From Candidatus Kapaibacterium sp. (GTDB lineage Bacteria; Bacteroidota; Ignavibacteria; Kapaibacteriales; UBA2268): a DNA stretch of 64,000 bases. Of the stretch, positions 31,639 through 41,220 are shown one piece after another (the first letter of the stretch is position 1; each line of letters starts with the position of its first letter). Location of the stretch: positions 3,296,001-3,360,000 of the forward strand of contig OY761611.1 of NCBI GenBank assembly GCA_963664875.1, in the 5' to 3' direction. The notes under the pieces are model-generated. The model did not search any database. It had not been told where the DNA came from and worked only from the letters and a program-made list of their open reading frames with translations. The position numbers were made by a program, and so were the translations under genes.

Positions 31639-31905
31639 TCATTGGGCCGATTTGCAAGGGTTTTTGTCAAGGGACTGAAGCCCCTTGTTCAGTGAGTCTG
31701 TGTCTTGAACAATGGGCTTTAGCCCCTTGCCAGAATGCACATTGCTTTGCTTGAATATCTTTCCCAGCTCCTTCAAAAACTCGCCACTGCTCAGCGTATG
31801 CCAGTCCTGAATTTTTTTGCTGAACTTCTCAATGCCGAACTTAGTAGCCAAAAACTTCAAAAAGAAATCCTTAACTTCCTGCAACTTCTTATTCTTTTCG
31901 AGCAT
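31639..31905 (-). pseudogene. Orphan C-terminal fragment of a type IIG R-M enzyme
   Basis: KFSKKIQDWHTLSSGEFLKEL resembles helical tails of type IIG enzymes; ORF runs into a REP doublet. Confidence 0.55.
31668..31732. repeat. Inverted REP doublet (REPIN-like)
   Basis: CAAGGGACTGAAGCCCCTTGTTC ... GAACAATGGGCTTTAGCCCCTTG. Confidence 0.7.
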
Positions 31906-34900
31906 TATACATTATTCTCTATAATATCTATCTGCTTTGACTTTAAACCATAGATATCGTAAATAGTTGTATTTATTTCTTGTTCAAGTTGTTCAATATT
32001 CTTTGTCATTTGATCCAATTCTTTGCTTAGTAATATTTCTCTGTCAAAATTATTGCTGTTTTTAGCATCTAATAGCAATTTCCCATAATCATGTTGCTTT
32101 TGTTTAAAAGCAATAATATTACTTACTTGTAAGTTTATTTCTTGTACGATTTCTTTTGATGTCAAGACTATTGGTATCCCTAATAAAGGTTCTTTATCAA
32201 TCTGATAATTGTCACCTTGCATCTTACCTCTATACTTTAGCCAAAATGCAATTACCTTACTATTGAGAATAGCAGTTAAATATTTTTGATCAATACGCTC
32301 CGTCTTGATTACAAAATAAGTTTGAGATACATAGCAATCAAAGTCAGTAAAAGTAAATGTAGGAATTGCACATTTCCTTACCGACATAATTTTCTCTCCT
32401 TTGAAAAACTTTTCTTCTCTCGCTCTATGTAAACCATAAGGTTTATTATCAGATGTAATTATTTTTGAAAATTGATCAAGATGTCTTTTAATATTTGGAT
32501 ATGGCTCAATTGCTTTAAGATTTTTAAACATTGATCCTGTATATATAACATAATAGTTATGATTGCTGTTTCCCCAGTATCTATGCAATTCCTCAGTAGT
32601 ATAGAAAGGTTTTACCAGTTTCATTTCTGTGGGATTTAAGTTTAATTTATTATACTCTTCAAGGCTCAGATTGAATATACCCTGTCCAATCGTAAAATTA
32701 TCTCCTAAAATCATGCTATTCTTTCGGTTTAGGAAATCTTGAGGTGGCACAATCCCTTGAGCAACTTCTTCTTTAAGTAGATTCGTATATTGAATTTGGA
32801 GAATTTTCTCAATAACCTCTTCAATTGTATTGTTGACAAAGTTAAAAGTGGAGTCTTGAAAAGTAGATTTAGAAATTTTAGCATCAAAATATTCGAATCT
32901 ATTATCTACTTTTTTTTGTAAGAAGAGATTGTTTGAAATGTGATCTATTTTACTGTCAAGTACTTTTGCAAATTCAAATTCATACTCATGATTATCGCAA
33001 GTATGCTTCATAATATATATCATCGTTTGAATGCCGGCACTTTCAAAAACTTTAAAATTTCCAAAATCAATAAACTGAATGAGCTTCCCTTTTTCTAAAA
33101 CTATGTTTCTAAATTTTGATGCACCGGAGTTTGTAGTCCAGTTGTTGGGTGCTATAAATCCAATCAATCCGATTTCTTTTTTGCAAATTTCTATTGCTAA
33201 TGCTCCAAAGAAATACCATAAATCCATTTTGCCTTGATAGCAGTAATGATTATGTAATCCGTCAAAAGCACTTTTATTAGTATATTCTTTTACATACGGC
33301 GGATTACCGATAACCACATCAAAGCCGCCATCTTCAAACACATGCGGAAATTCTTCCTGCCAGTTAAAAGCTTTTTCGCCAGCATCGGCAGGGTCATTTA
33401 TAAGCGAATTGCCACATTTGATGTTATTATTAAGTGAGCTTAGCTTGCGTCCTTTTTGTGCAGTTCTAAGCCAGAGTGAAAGTTTTGCTATCTCTACTGC
33501 TTCTTCATTGATATCAACACCAAATATATTTTGTTCCAAAATATGATTTTCTATTTCAAGGAATTGTCGTGTTTGGTTGCTTATTTTAGATTCGATATCA
33601 GAAATGTAATTATGTTCTTCGATTAAAAATTCTAACGTCTGATTTAAGAACGCTCCCGAGCCACAAGCTGGATCAACAATGGTAATATTTAATAACCATT
33701 GTCTGTAGTTGTCTAATTTTTTTAGTAGTTGCTCACCTTTTGCAGAAATTGAAGTTTTTCTCTCTTTTTTAAGAACTTTTTTTTCACCACCTATAGTCTC
33801 TAAATTTACTTTTTCAAGAATAGTTCTCGGATTTTGAAGTGTATAGTTTTCTGACAAGTCTATATCATGTATTCCTAAGGTTGCTTTTTTTTCTTCACAA
33901 AGCTTTCCGACTGTATTTTTAACAATGTATTTTGTAATATACTTTGGTGTATAATAAATACCATCTTTTCGTCTTTTAGTACTCTTTTGTGATATATTAT
34001 TGGATAGTTCGTTCTGTATTTCTTCAATATCGTTCAACGAATGTTCAAAAATATGCCCAAGAATGTTGACATCAATATATTTATTTTGGTTGCTACTATC
34101 TATTGTAGTAGTTGATTTAGAATCAAATATATCGTCATTATTGTTTGTTTCAGAAAAATCATAGTCGCTGAGTTTTTGAGTGTATTCCGCTAACAAATTA
34201 TCGTCGATATGAATTTTATCTAATACCTCGTCAGGAGCAAAAAGTCCACCGTTGTATGCAAAAATATCATGGGGTTTGCCCTTGTGTCCTACATTCAGAT
34301 ACTCAAAGAACTTTTTAAACCTATCATAGAGTGGAATATACGCATCTAAATCTCTTAGAGTTTTCCATTGATTAATAATATCACTGATGCTGTTAGGTGG
34401 GATTAAAAGCCTGTCTTCAGCAAAAAACACAAACAAAAACCTGTCTAATAGCTTCTGTGTTTTCTTGAATAAAACTAACTTATCTCTATCAGGGTTGCTC
34501 TGCACGAGATTATAAAAGATTACATTTCGGAAAGTAGAGTAATCTTTATATAGCAGTTTAGATACTTCCTCTTCATTATGCACCGACTGCTTTTTCATAG
34601 TCAGAGGCACATCCGCAGTCAGATTGTCATGCGATAAGCAGAGCCATAGCAATTTAAATTTTTCTTTTTTGGCATTCATTTCAGCCATATTCTCTGTAAC
34701 CGTTGCTAAGTCAAATAGGTCAAACTCTAAATATTCTACAGTATTTTGAATATAAAACCTGAGCTTTTCGAAATTTGAAGTAATGACATAAATACAGTTC
34801 GGTTGATTATTCTTATACCCGAATGCTTGACTTTCGACCGAATCTAAATTTGGCGTATCAGTACCTTTAAGTTCAATGACAGCGATAGCGTTACCTTCTT

Positions 34901-35186
34901 TCAGTATAGCACCATCAGCTCTTTTCGAGTTCGATACATTTCTAAACTCAGTTGTTAAATTGTAATTTTCTGCCGGATTAAGCGTATAGTTAAATATATT
35001 AACAAATAAATCTCTTAAAAATCCTTCCTGATACTGTTCTTCTTTTAGTCCTCTAATATTTGCTTGTTTTTTAGAATCTCCAAAACAATCTCGGAAATTA
35101 TTAAATTTCTGATCAAGCATATTTTTAGGGTTTTTATCTAAATCTGCTATGTATTTGTTGACTATCGATTTCTGAAAGAGAGCCAT
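31905..35186 (-). CDS. Type IIG restriction-modification enzyme (fused REase, N6-MTase, TRD)
   Basis: ADG...IELK nuclease motif, GIYYTP, DPACGSGAF, GNPPY, TaqI-like C-terminal TRD; AT-rich. Confidence 0.92.
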   Translation of the reverse strand: MALFQKSIVNKYIADLDKNPKNMLDQKFNNFRDCFGDSKKQANIRGLKEEQYQEGFLRDLFVNIFNYTLNPAENYNLTTEFRNVSNSKRADGAILKEGNAIAVIELKGTDTPNLDSVESQAFGYKNNQPNCIYVITSNFEKLRFYIQNTVEYLEFDLFDLATVTENMAEMNAKKEKFKLLWLCLSHDNLTADVPLTMKKQSVHNEEEVSKLLYKDYSTFRNVIFYNLVQSNPDRDKLVLFKKTQKLLDRFLFVFFAEDRLLIPPNSISDIINQWKTLRDLDAYIPLYDRFKKFFEYLNVGHKGKPHDIFAYNGGLFAPDEVLDKIHIDDNLLAEYTQKLSDYDFSETNNNDDIFDSKSTTTIDSSNQNKYIDVNILGHIFEHSLNDIEEIQNELSNNISQKSTKRRKDGIYYTPKYITKYIVKNTVGKLCEEKKATLGIHDIDLSENYTLQNPRTILEKVNLETIGGEKKVLKKERKTSISAKGEQLLKKLDNYRQWLLNITIVDPACGSGAFLNQTLEFLIEEHNYISDIESKISNQTRQFLEIENHILEQNIFGVDINEEAVEIAKLSLWLRTAQKGRKLSSLNNNIKCGNSLINDPADAGEKAFNWQEEFPHVFEDGGFDVVIGNPPYVKEYTNKSAFDGLHNHYCYQGKMDLWYFFGALAIEICKKEIGLIGFIAPNNWTTNSGASKFRNIVLEKGKLIQFIDFGNFKVFESAGIQTMIYIMKHTCDNHEYEFEFAKVLDSKIDHISNNLFLQKKVDNRFEYFDAKISKSTFQDSTFNFVNNTIEEVIEKILQIQYTNLLKEEVAQGIVPPQDFLNRKNSMILGDNFTIGQGIFNLSLEEYNKLNLNPTEMKLVKPFYTTEELHRYWGNSNHNYYVIYTGSMFKNLKAIEPYPNIKRHLDQFSKIITSDNKPYGLHRAREEKFFKGEKIMSVRKCAIPTFTFTDFDCYVSQTYFVIKTERIDQKYLTAILNSKVIAFWLKYRGKMQGDNYQIDKEPLLGIPIVLTSKEIVQEINLQVSNIIAFKQKQHDYGKLLLDAKNSNNFDREILLSKELDQMTKNIEQLEQEINTTIYDIYGLKSKQIDIIENNV

Positions 35187-35348
35187 ATCTATTTCTCAAT
35201 TTTTATTTATTATAATCAATATACAAAGATAAGAAAATCGATGGAATGCAGGCAAGAAAATAAGATAAGGATTTACACAATTGAGAGTCATTTTTAAGGT
35301 TATAAGAGATTTGTAAGTCGCAATCAAAAATAATTACATATTGAATTA

Positions 35349-35376
35349 TTGAACAATGGGCTTTAGCCCCTTGCCA
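35349..35376. repeat. 28-bp REP-like repeat identical to 31705-31732
   Basis: TTGAACAATGGGCTTTAGCCCCTTGCCA. Confidence 0.85.
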
Positions 35377-35472
35377 AGAAACAAGATAACGACAAGTATT
35401 GATTTTTCTAATGACATTTATCGGTTTATAATAGATATGCAATGATAAGAAAAGCGATATAAAACTCAACAC

Positions 35473-35511
35473 AAAAAGCGACTTACCTCTTCAAAAGATA
35501 AGTCGCTTTTT
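35473..35511. terminator. Bidirectional terminator after pmbA
   Basis: AAAAAGCGACTTA...TAAGTCGCTTTTT. Confidence 0.75.
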
Positions 35512-35542
35512 GAATCTTGTAGCAATCTACTATATGTAGTTC

Positions 35543-36865
35543 CTACTTACCTGACAATGTCATACCTTCTACCAAAATAGTTGGGGCAGTAGTGGAGCGT
35601 TTAGTGTCCAAATCGTTACCAATCATTTTGATATTTTTAAGTATGCTGCCCATGTTGCCTGAGAAAGTAATTTCTTTCACAGGGTAAGTGAGTTTGCCGT
35701 TTTCTATCCAAATGCCGTAACAGCCTTTGGAAATATCGCCGCTTGTAGGCACTGTACCCTGACCTATTGTTTTAGTAAGGTAGAGGCCTTTGTCCACAGA
35801 TTTGATAATGTCTTCCGGAGAGTGTTTGCCCGGAGCAAGTACAAAGTTAGTTGTTCCCGAAGCGTGACCTGTTGACTTCAAACCGAGTTTTCTTGCGGAG
35901 TATGTAGAAAGCAAAAAGCTAAGTAATTTGCCGTCTTTGATGATATCTACATGACGCGAAGGCACACCTTCACCGTCATAAGGCTGCGAACCCGTGCGGC
36001 CTGCAAGAGTGCCGTCATCAAAAATATGAAGATCTTTTGCAGCTATTTCTTTGCCAAGCATATCAGCAAGGAAAGTAGTTTTCATGTAAGCAGCACTTCC
36101 GCTCAGACATTCAGCTAAAAAGCCCAGTAGTGAAGATGCCATGCGGTTGTCAAAAACTATAGGTACTTTTTGAGTTTCAATTTTTCTTGCACCCAAAAGC
36201 ATAGTAGTTTTTTCAATTGCCTTATTCGAAATTTCCTCTAATGACATTAGCTCTTTAGGGCTACGAGCACTGTCCCACCATCCGTCTTCGTTGATGTTAT
36301 CGCCTTCGCCTGCCTGACCGTAAAAGCTGTAGTAAATGCTTGACTGCTTGTATGATTCGCTAAATCCGTTGGAATTGGCAAGGAAGCTTTCGCCAACATA
36401 TCTGCCGGCACTTGAGCCACCTGAGCGAGCCATGCGCTTATCAGCCATAGTCATTTTTTCGAGCTTAAGAGCGTTTTGAATCATTTCTTCAGGTTTGACA
36501 TTTTCAACTGAAGCATCATAGAGTTTTAGACTTTCAGCAGAAACGTTAAGAGCCTCTTTTTCAGGAAGAGCCGAAAATTCGTCAGCACTGCCGTAAGTAG
36601 CTCTTTCTATAGCATTTTTAGCCATAGTCTGCAAAGTATCCATATTCATATCGGAAGAAGAAGCATTAGCAACTTTGTTATCTTTGATTACTTTCAAAGA
36701 TAGCCCTGCAGAGCCTGCATTACTAAGGTTTTCGATATTGCCTTCTCTGATTTCGGCAGAGAAACGAGTGCCTGTGCCAATAGAAACCTGCACTTGGTCA
36801 GCACCGTTTTTGCGGGCAAACTGAACTAAGTTTTCAGCAATTTGTTTGTAGTTTACCTGAGCCAT
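35543..36865 (-). CDS. pmbA: TldE/PmbA family protein
   Basis: PYDGEGVP, STGHA, SGD.S.G..G.WIENG; no HExxxH; overlaps tldD stop. Confidence 0.9.
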   Translation of the reverse strand: MAQVNYKQIAENLVQFARKNGADQVQVSIGTGTRFSAEIREGNIENLSNAGSAGLSLKVIKDNKVANASSSDMNMDTLQTMAKNAIERATYGSADEFSALPEKEALNVSAESLKLYDASVENVKPEEMIQNALKLEKMTMADKRMARSGGSSAGRYVGESFLANSNGFSESYKQSSIYYSFYGQAGEGDNINEDGWWDSARSPKELMSLEEISNKAIEKTTMLLGARKIETQKVPIVFDNRMASSLLGFLAECLSGSAAYMKTTFLADMLGKEIAAKDLHIFDDGTLAGRTGSQPYDGEGVPSRHVDIIKDGKLLSFLLSTYSARKLGLKSTGHASGTTNFVLAPGKHSPEDIIKSVDKGLYLTKTIGQGTVPTSGDISKGCYGIWIENGKLTYPVKEITFSGNMGSILKNIKMIGNDLDTKRSTTAPTILVEGMTLSGK

Positions 36866-38403
36866 TACGCTATACCTCCGACAGTCATTTCACTAATTCT
36901 CAAAGAAGGAGTGCCGCAAGTAACAGGGACACTCTGTCCGTCCTTACCGCAAGTACCAAGGAAGAATCCCATATCGTTACCAATCATATCGATATTATTT
37001 AAAATTTCGATATTGGAACCGATAAGTGTAGCATTTTTCAATGGATGAGTAAGTTTGCCGTTTTCAATCATATAGCCTAAGTTTACAGAGAAAGTAAACT
37101 GACCTGTGCCGTTCACCATACCGCCTTGGTAGGTAACCGCATAGAAACCTTTTTTCACTGAAGAGATGATTTCTTCAGGGTCTTTGTCTCCGCCTGCAAG
37201 GATAGTATTATTCATACGAGGTATAGGCATGTGGCGATATGATTCTCTTCTTGCGTGACCGTTGCGTTTCATTTTCAATTGCTGAGAAGAAAGTCTGTCA
37301 TGAAGGAAGCCGACAAGTTTGCCTTTTTCGATAAGCATTGCATTTTCGGAATTCATACCTTCATCGTCAATATTCAAAGAGCCTCTATAGTCAGGAATAG
37401 TACCGTCATCATAGATAGTAACAAGTGGGTTGGCAACCATCTGGTTTACTTTGTCCCACATGATAGAAGTTTTTTTCCAGTTTGCATCGCCTTCGAGTGG
37501 GTGACCCACAGCTTCATGAATCATCACACCTGATTGGTCTTTGCTGAGAACAACCTGCATCTGACCTGCCGGAGCATCTTTTGCTTTAAGAAGTTCGAGA
37601 GCTTCTTTGGCAGCATCCTCACCGATTTTTTCAGGAGTAGAGACTTTAGCATAGAAGTCCATACCAACTCTACCGCCGTCATTGCCGCGACCTGTGTTAC
37701 GGATGCCTTTATCTTCGGCTGTCGCAGAAACAACAAGTCTCACCTGAGGCCGAGTATCGGAAATAACAAGACCGTCACTATTTGCGATAGTAACATATTG
37801 CATTTCGTCAGCAAGAGAAGCAGATACTTTTTTGATTTTGCTGTCGTGATTTAGTGCAGATTTATAAGCTCTTGTTACCAAATCAATTTTAGTTTTGATA
37901 GATTGGTCAACAAAAGAGTTGTTCATATCATAAACCTGAACAGCAGGATTTTTTACCATCAGAGGAGCGATTTGCTGTTTAGCATTGCTGTTAGCAATAG
38001 CAGCAGCAGTCAGCATAGCTTCTTTGATTTTTTCGAAAGTGAGTTCGTTCGTGTAGCCGTAGCCGGTTTGAGCACCGTTTAAGACACGTACACCAACACC
38101 AAGCGAGATACTTTCGCTTGAGTTTTTGATAATATCTTCGGACATCACCACAGAATTGGAGATGCTGTACTCGAAGTAAAGTTCGGAGAAATCTCCGCCT
38201 TTAGAAAGCCCAAGACTCAAAAGCTGTTTGAGCTGTTCGTTCGAGATACCAAATTTTTCGGGAATCATCATATTAGAATTCTCCGGCATAAGTGCAGATG
38301 CGATATTTTTATTAATCAGCCCGGCAGCCATTACAGCTCCGGCACCGGCACCGCATTTTTTCAGGAAATCCCTACGGTTGAGTTCACTCATTATAAACTC
38401 CAT
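36865..38403 (-). CDS. tldD: TldD metalloprotease with twin-arginine signal
   Basis: HEAVGH, DDEG, PRMNNT, CGKDGQSVPV; N-terminal NRRDFLKK. Confidence 0.92.
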   Translation of the reverse strand: MEFIMSELNRRDFLKKCGAGAGAVMAAGLINKNIASALMPENSNMMIPEKFGISNEQLKQLLSLGLSKGGDFSELYFEYSISNSVVMSEDIIKNSSESISLGVGVRVLNGAQTGYGYTNELTFEKIKEAMLTAAAIANSNAKQQIAPLMVKNPAVQVYDMNNSFVDQSIKTKIDLVTRAYKSALNHDSKIKKVSASLADEMQYVTIANSDGLVISDTRPQVRLVVSATAEDKGIRNTGRGNDGGRVGMDFYAKVSTPEKIGEDAAKEALELLKAKDAPAGQMQVVLSKDQSGVMIHEAVGHPLEGDANWKKTSIMWDKVNQMVANPLVTIYDDGTIPDYRGSLNIDDEGMNSENAMLIEKGKLVGFLHDRLSSQQLKMKRNGHARRESYRHMPIPRMNNTILAGGDKDPEEIISSVKKGFYAVTYQGGMVNGTGQFTFSVNLGYMIENGKLTHPLKNATLIGSNIEILNNIDMIGNDMGFFLGTCGKDGQSVPVTCGTPSLRISEMTVGGIA

Positions 38404-38614
38404 AATATATAAAACTTATAGTATTGTTTCCCCGGAATACTATTATAAATAGTACGCAATAAATCCTTAGAAGTTAGAGAAAAAAGCTAAGAAATGCAAT
38501 GGAAAAGTCAGATGATGATACCCTGTCGAAAATGTGAAATAATAATTTAAATATCTTACAGAAAATGTTGTAATTTACGTCTTACCGAAATGAACTTATT
38601 TTCCTAAAATCCGA

Positions 38615-39892
38615 GTGGAATCAATGAAAAAGAAATTCGCTATATGTGCGATGTTGCTTTTGGGGTGTATTGTATGTACTCCAAATTTGCAGGCACAAAA
38701 TGTGGGTATAAATGAAAATGGCGGAGCTCCTCACGCCAGCGCGATGCTTGATGTGGAATCTGCATCAAAGGGGATACTTATCCCTCGAATAGACTATAAC
38801 GATAAACCGGCAAATCCGGCAAACGGATTGCTGATTTATGTTACTGCTAACGGCCCTCTTGGCAATAATGCTTTCTACTATTACAATGGATCGGAATGGT
38901 TAGTCTTTGACCAGTGGTCTGTTTCGGGTTCTAACATTTACTACGATTCAGGTAGTGTAACCGTTGGAAATGCAGATGCAGTTGATCCTGCTGTCGCTAA
39001 AATGAAAGTACATGGTGGGATTGCCTTTACGGGAGCAAATCAATCTAATACAAAAGGACTTCTATACTACAATTCAACCGCTGGTGCGGATGGCAGAGGT
39101 GCATTCCAATATATTGACCAAAACAGTCAGGTAAAAACCATCGGTACAGGCACCATCGAAACAAATGGAAATCCGGGTTCAGAGACAGATGATTTTATCA
39201 GGATGGAAGATTTAATTATACTAGGTTCAATGTCCGTCGGTAGAAATGCAGAGTATAATTATGATTTCCAATACAATACGCTTGTATTGCAGGATGACAT
39301 TATTCGTATGCTATTTGATGATACAAGTAATTCCGCTACCTTTCCTAATAATGACTGGATGATAGAGATAAACTCTGCTGCTCAGGGTGGTAAAAACTAC
39401 TTTGCAATTAAAGATGTTACAGCAAATAAATACCCTTTTATGATAGAAGCTCCCGGTGTTGACCATGCTTTTTATATAAAAAGTAATAACATTGGTTTGG
39501 GAACTGATAACCCCGCCAAGCAGCTTCACTTAGTCAACGGTACAAACCCAACCATTCGCTTTGAGCAGGACGGTAGCGATGCAAATACTCCTCAAATCTG
39601 GGATGTGCAGGCAAATAATGCTAAACTATCATTTGTAGATGTTACAAATTCTAATACTGAAGCTATCGTGATCGAGCAGGGTGCTCCTACTGCATCGTTA
39701 CATGTGGATTCTAACGGCAACACCGGATTTGGTACAGCCACTCCTGCAAGAAGTGTACATGTATCAACTGCAATGAAATTAGAACCACAAAACTCTGCAC
39801 CGGCTAATCCAAGCAAAGGCGATTTGTACTTTGATAATAACGATAACAAACTTAAATGTTATGATGGTACACAATGGCAAAACTGCTGGTAA
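38615..39892 (+). CDS. Secreted fibre-like beta-repeat protein A
   Basis: Signal peptide; QNVGIN...SAMLDV.S..KG.LIPR; repeated N.G.GT..P...LH modules; terminal G..YF...CYDGTQW. Confidence 0.7.
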   Translation: MESMKKKFAICAMLLLGCIVCTPNLQAQNVGINENGGAPHASAMLDVESASKGILIPRIDYNDKPANPANGLLIYVTANGPLGNNAFYYYNGSEWLVFDQWSVSGSNIYYDSGSVTVGNADAVDPAVAKMKVHGGIAFTGANQSNTKGLLYYNSTAGADGRGAFQYIDQNSQVKTIGTGTIETNGNPGSETDDFIRMEDLIILGSMSVGRNAEYNYDFQYNTLVLQDDIIRMLFDDTSNSATFPNNDWMIEINSAAQGGKNYFAIKDVTANKYPFMIEAPGVDHAFYIKSNNIGLGTDNPAKQLHLVNGTNPTIRFEQDGSDANTPQIWDVQANNAKLSFVDVTNSNTEAIVIEQGAPTASLHVDSNGNTGFGTATPARSVHVSTAMKLEPQNSAPANPSKGDLYFDNNDNKLKCYDGTQWQNCW

Positions 39893-39904
39893 GGGAGAGT
39901 AAAA

Positions 39905-40753
39905 ATGAAAACAATTATTCTCTTTTTGACCTTATGTAGTACGTTTGCTTTCTCCCAAGGGCTTTATAACAACGGTGCTAAGATTGTTGTGCAAAGTGGT
40001 GGGAATATTTACGTAAACGGCAACTACCAGGCAGAATCCATAAGCGGAAATCATGCTGAAATAGATTTGGATGGTGATTTCTTTTTGGCAGGTAATTTCG
40101 AAAACAATGTTAGTGCAGGTAATGGTTTTTTAAGGCAAGACTTAGACGGCACGCTTCACATTGTAGGAGCAACACCACAATACTGGCTGGGAACGAATAT
40201 TAATCTTTTAGAATTGGAAAATCTGACTCTCGCGTCCGATGCATATATGGATTTTTCTTTATTAGGAGTTACAGTCTATGGCTCTATGGCTCTGAATGGG
40301 AATACGTTCCAGGCTAAAGTAGGAGATGTAGATTTCGAAGTCATAGGTACTATCTCAGGAAGCGGTTTATTTGATGTTTCTGAGGCAGGGCACTTAGTTA
40401 GGACTCCTGCACAAAATACACCATTGCTATTTCCGATTGGTGATGGGAACTATAATGAATCCGTAACCATCACTTGCCTAAATGTGCCTTCTGAGCAAAT
40501 CATGGTAAAAATAAGCAGTGAACCTGTGACCTCTTCATATTTTCTTTGGGACATAGATGGGGAGTCAAACCTGAATGCGACTGCACTTTTCAGAATAGAC
40601 AAAACAGCAATAAGTGCTGCCAATCCTCTGCTTAATAATATGTTGCGTTATTATAACGGTGTCCGCTATGTACCGTTTTCAGATGAAAGAGTAACTATTT
40701 CTGATATGGATACATATTTTAATATCACAATTACTTCGATAAATCAATTTTAG
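39905..40753 (+). CDS. Secreted beta-rich hypothetical protein
   Basis: Signal peptide; LYNNGA.I.V, LFPIGD; no CTD visible. Confidence 0.65.
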   Translation: MKTIILFLTLCSTFAFSQGLYNNGAKIVVQSGGNIYVNGNYQAESISGNHAEIDLDGDFFLAGNFENNVSAGNGFLRQDLDGTLHIVGATPQYWLGTNINLLELENLTLASDAYMDFSLLGVTVYGSMALNGNTFQAKVGDVDFEVIGTISGSGLFDVSEAGHLVRTPAQNTPLLFPIGDGNYNESVTITCLNVPSEQIMVKISSEPVTSSYFLWDIDGESNLNATALFRIDKTAISAANPLLNNMLRYYNGVRYVPFSDERVTISDMDTYFNITITSINQF

Positions 40754-40761
40754 AGACAAAT

Positions 40762-41220
40762 ATGAAATATATAATAGGTTTGATTATTGGATTGATTTTG
40801 ACTATCGGGGCATTTGCACAGATAGGTGTTTTCAATTCAATTATATCAACAAATACTATAGAGAACGTTCAGGCGACATCTTTTCAATCTGGTGGCACTT
40901 TATCGTTACTTGCTACAGATCCTGATGTTACTGAGTGGGGCATTTGCTGGAATTCTACAGGGACACCGACTACCGCAGATTCGAAAGTCAGCCAAACAGG
41001 TACTATGCGTACAGGCTCCTATACTTTAACTGCGACAGGAATGGCTGTTTACGGCAATCCTTTTTACGTAAGGTCTTATGCAATAAATACTGACGGCATA
41101 TATTACGGACAGGAAATTTATTTTTCAGTTGTTCCTACTTTGCCTGAATGGGGATTGATTGCTTTAGGAGCTTCTTTGCTTATAGGTGGCGGCTGGTTTA
41201 TGTATAGGAGGGTATTATAA
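40762..41220 (+). CDS. FN3-like protein with IPTL-CTERM sorting signal
   Basis: WGICW...PT..D...YVRSYAIN..G..YG domain; C-terminal VPTLPEWGLIAL-TM-RR. Confidence 0.8.
   Translation: MKYIIGLIIGLILTIGAFAQIGVFNSIISTNTIENVQATSFQSGGTLSLLATDPDVTEWGICWNSTGTPTTADSKVSQTGTMRTGSYTLTATGMAVYGNPFYVRSYAINTDGIYYGQEIYFSVVPTLPEWGLIALGASLLIGGGWFMYRRVL

Noticed and set aside
35203-35472. ORF 35203-35472 (and 31572-31754, 31735-31953)
   Set aside because: Run through REP repeats or antisense to other ORFs; no coding signals
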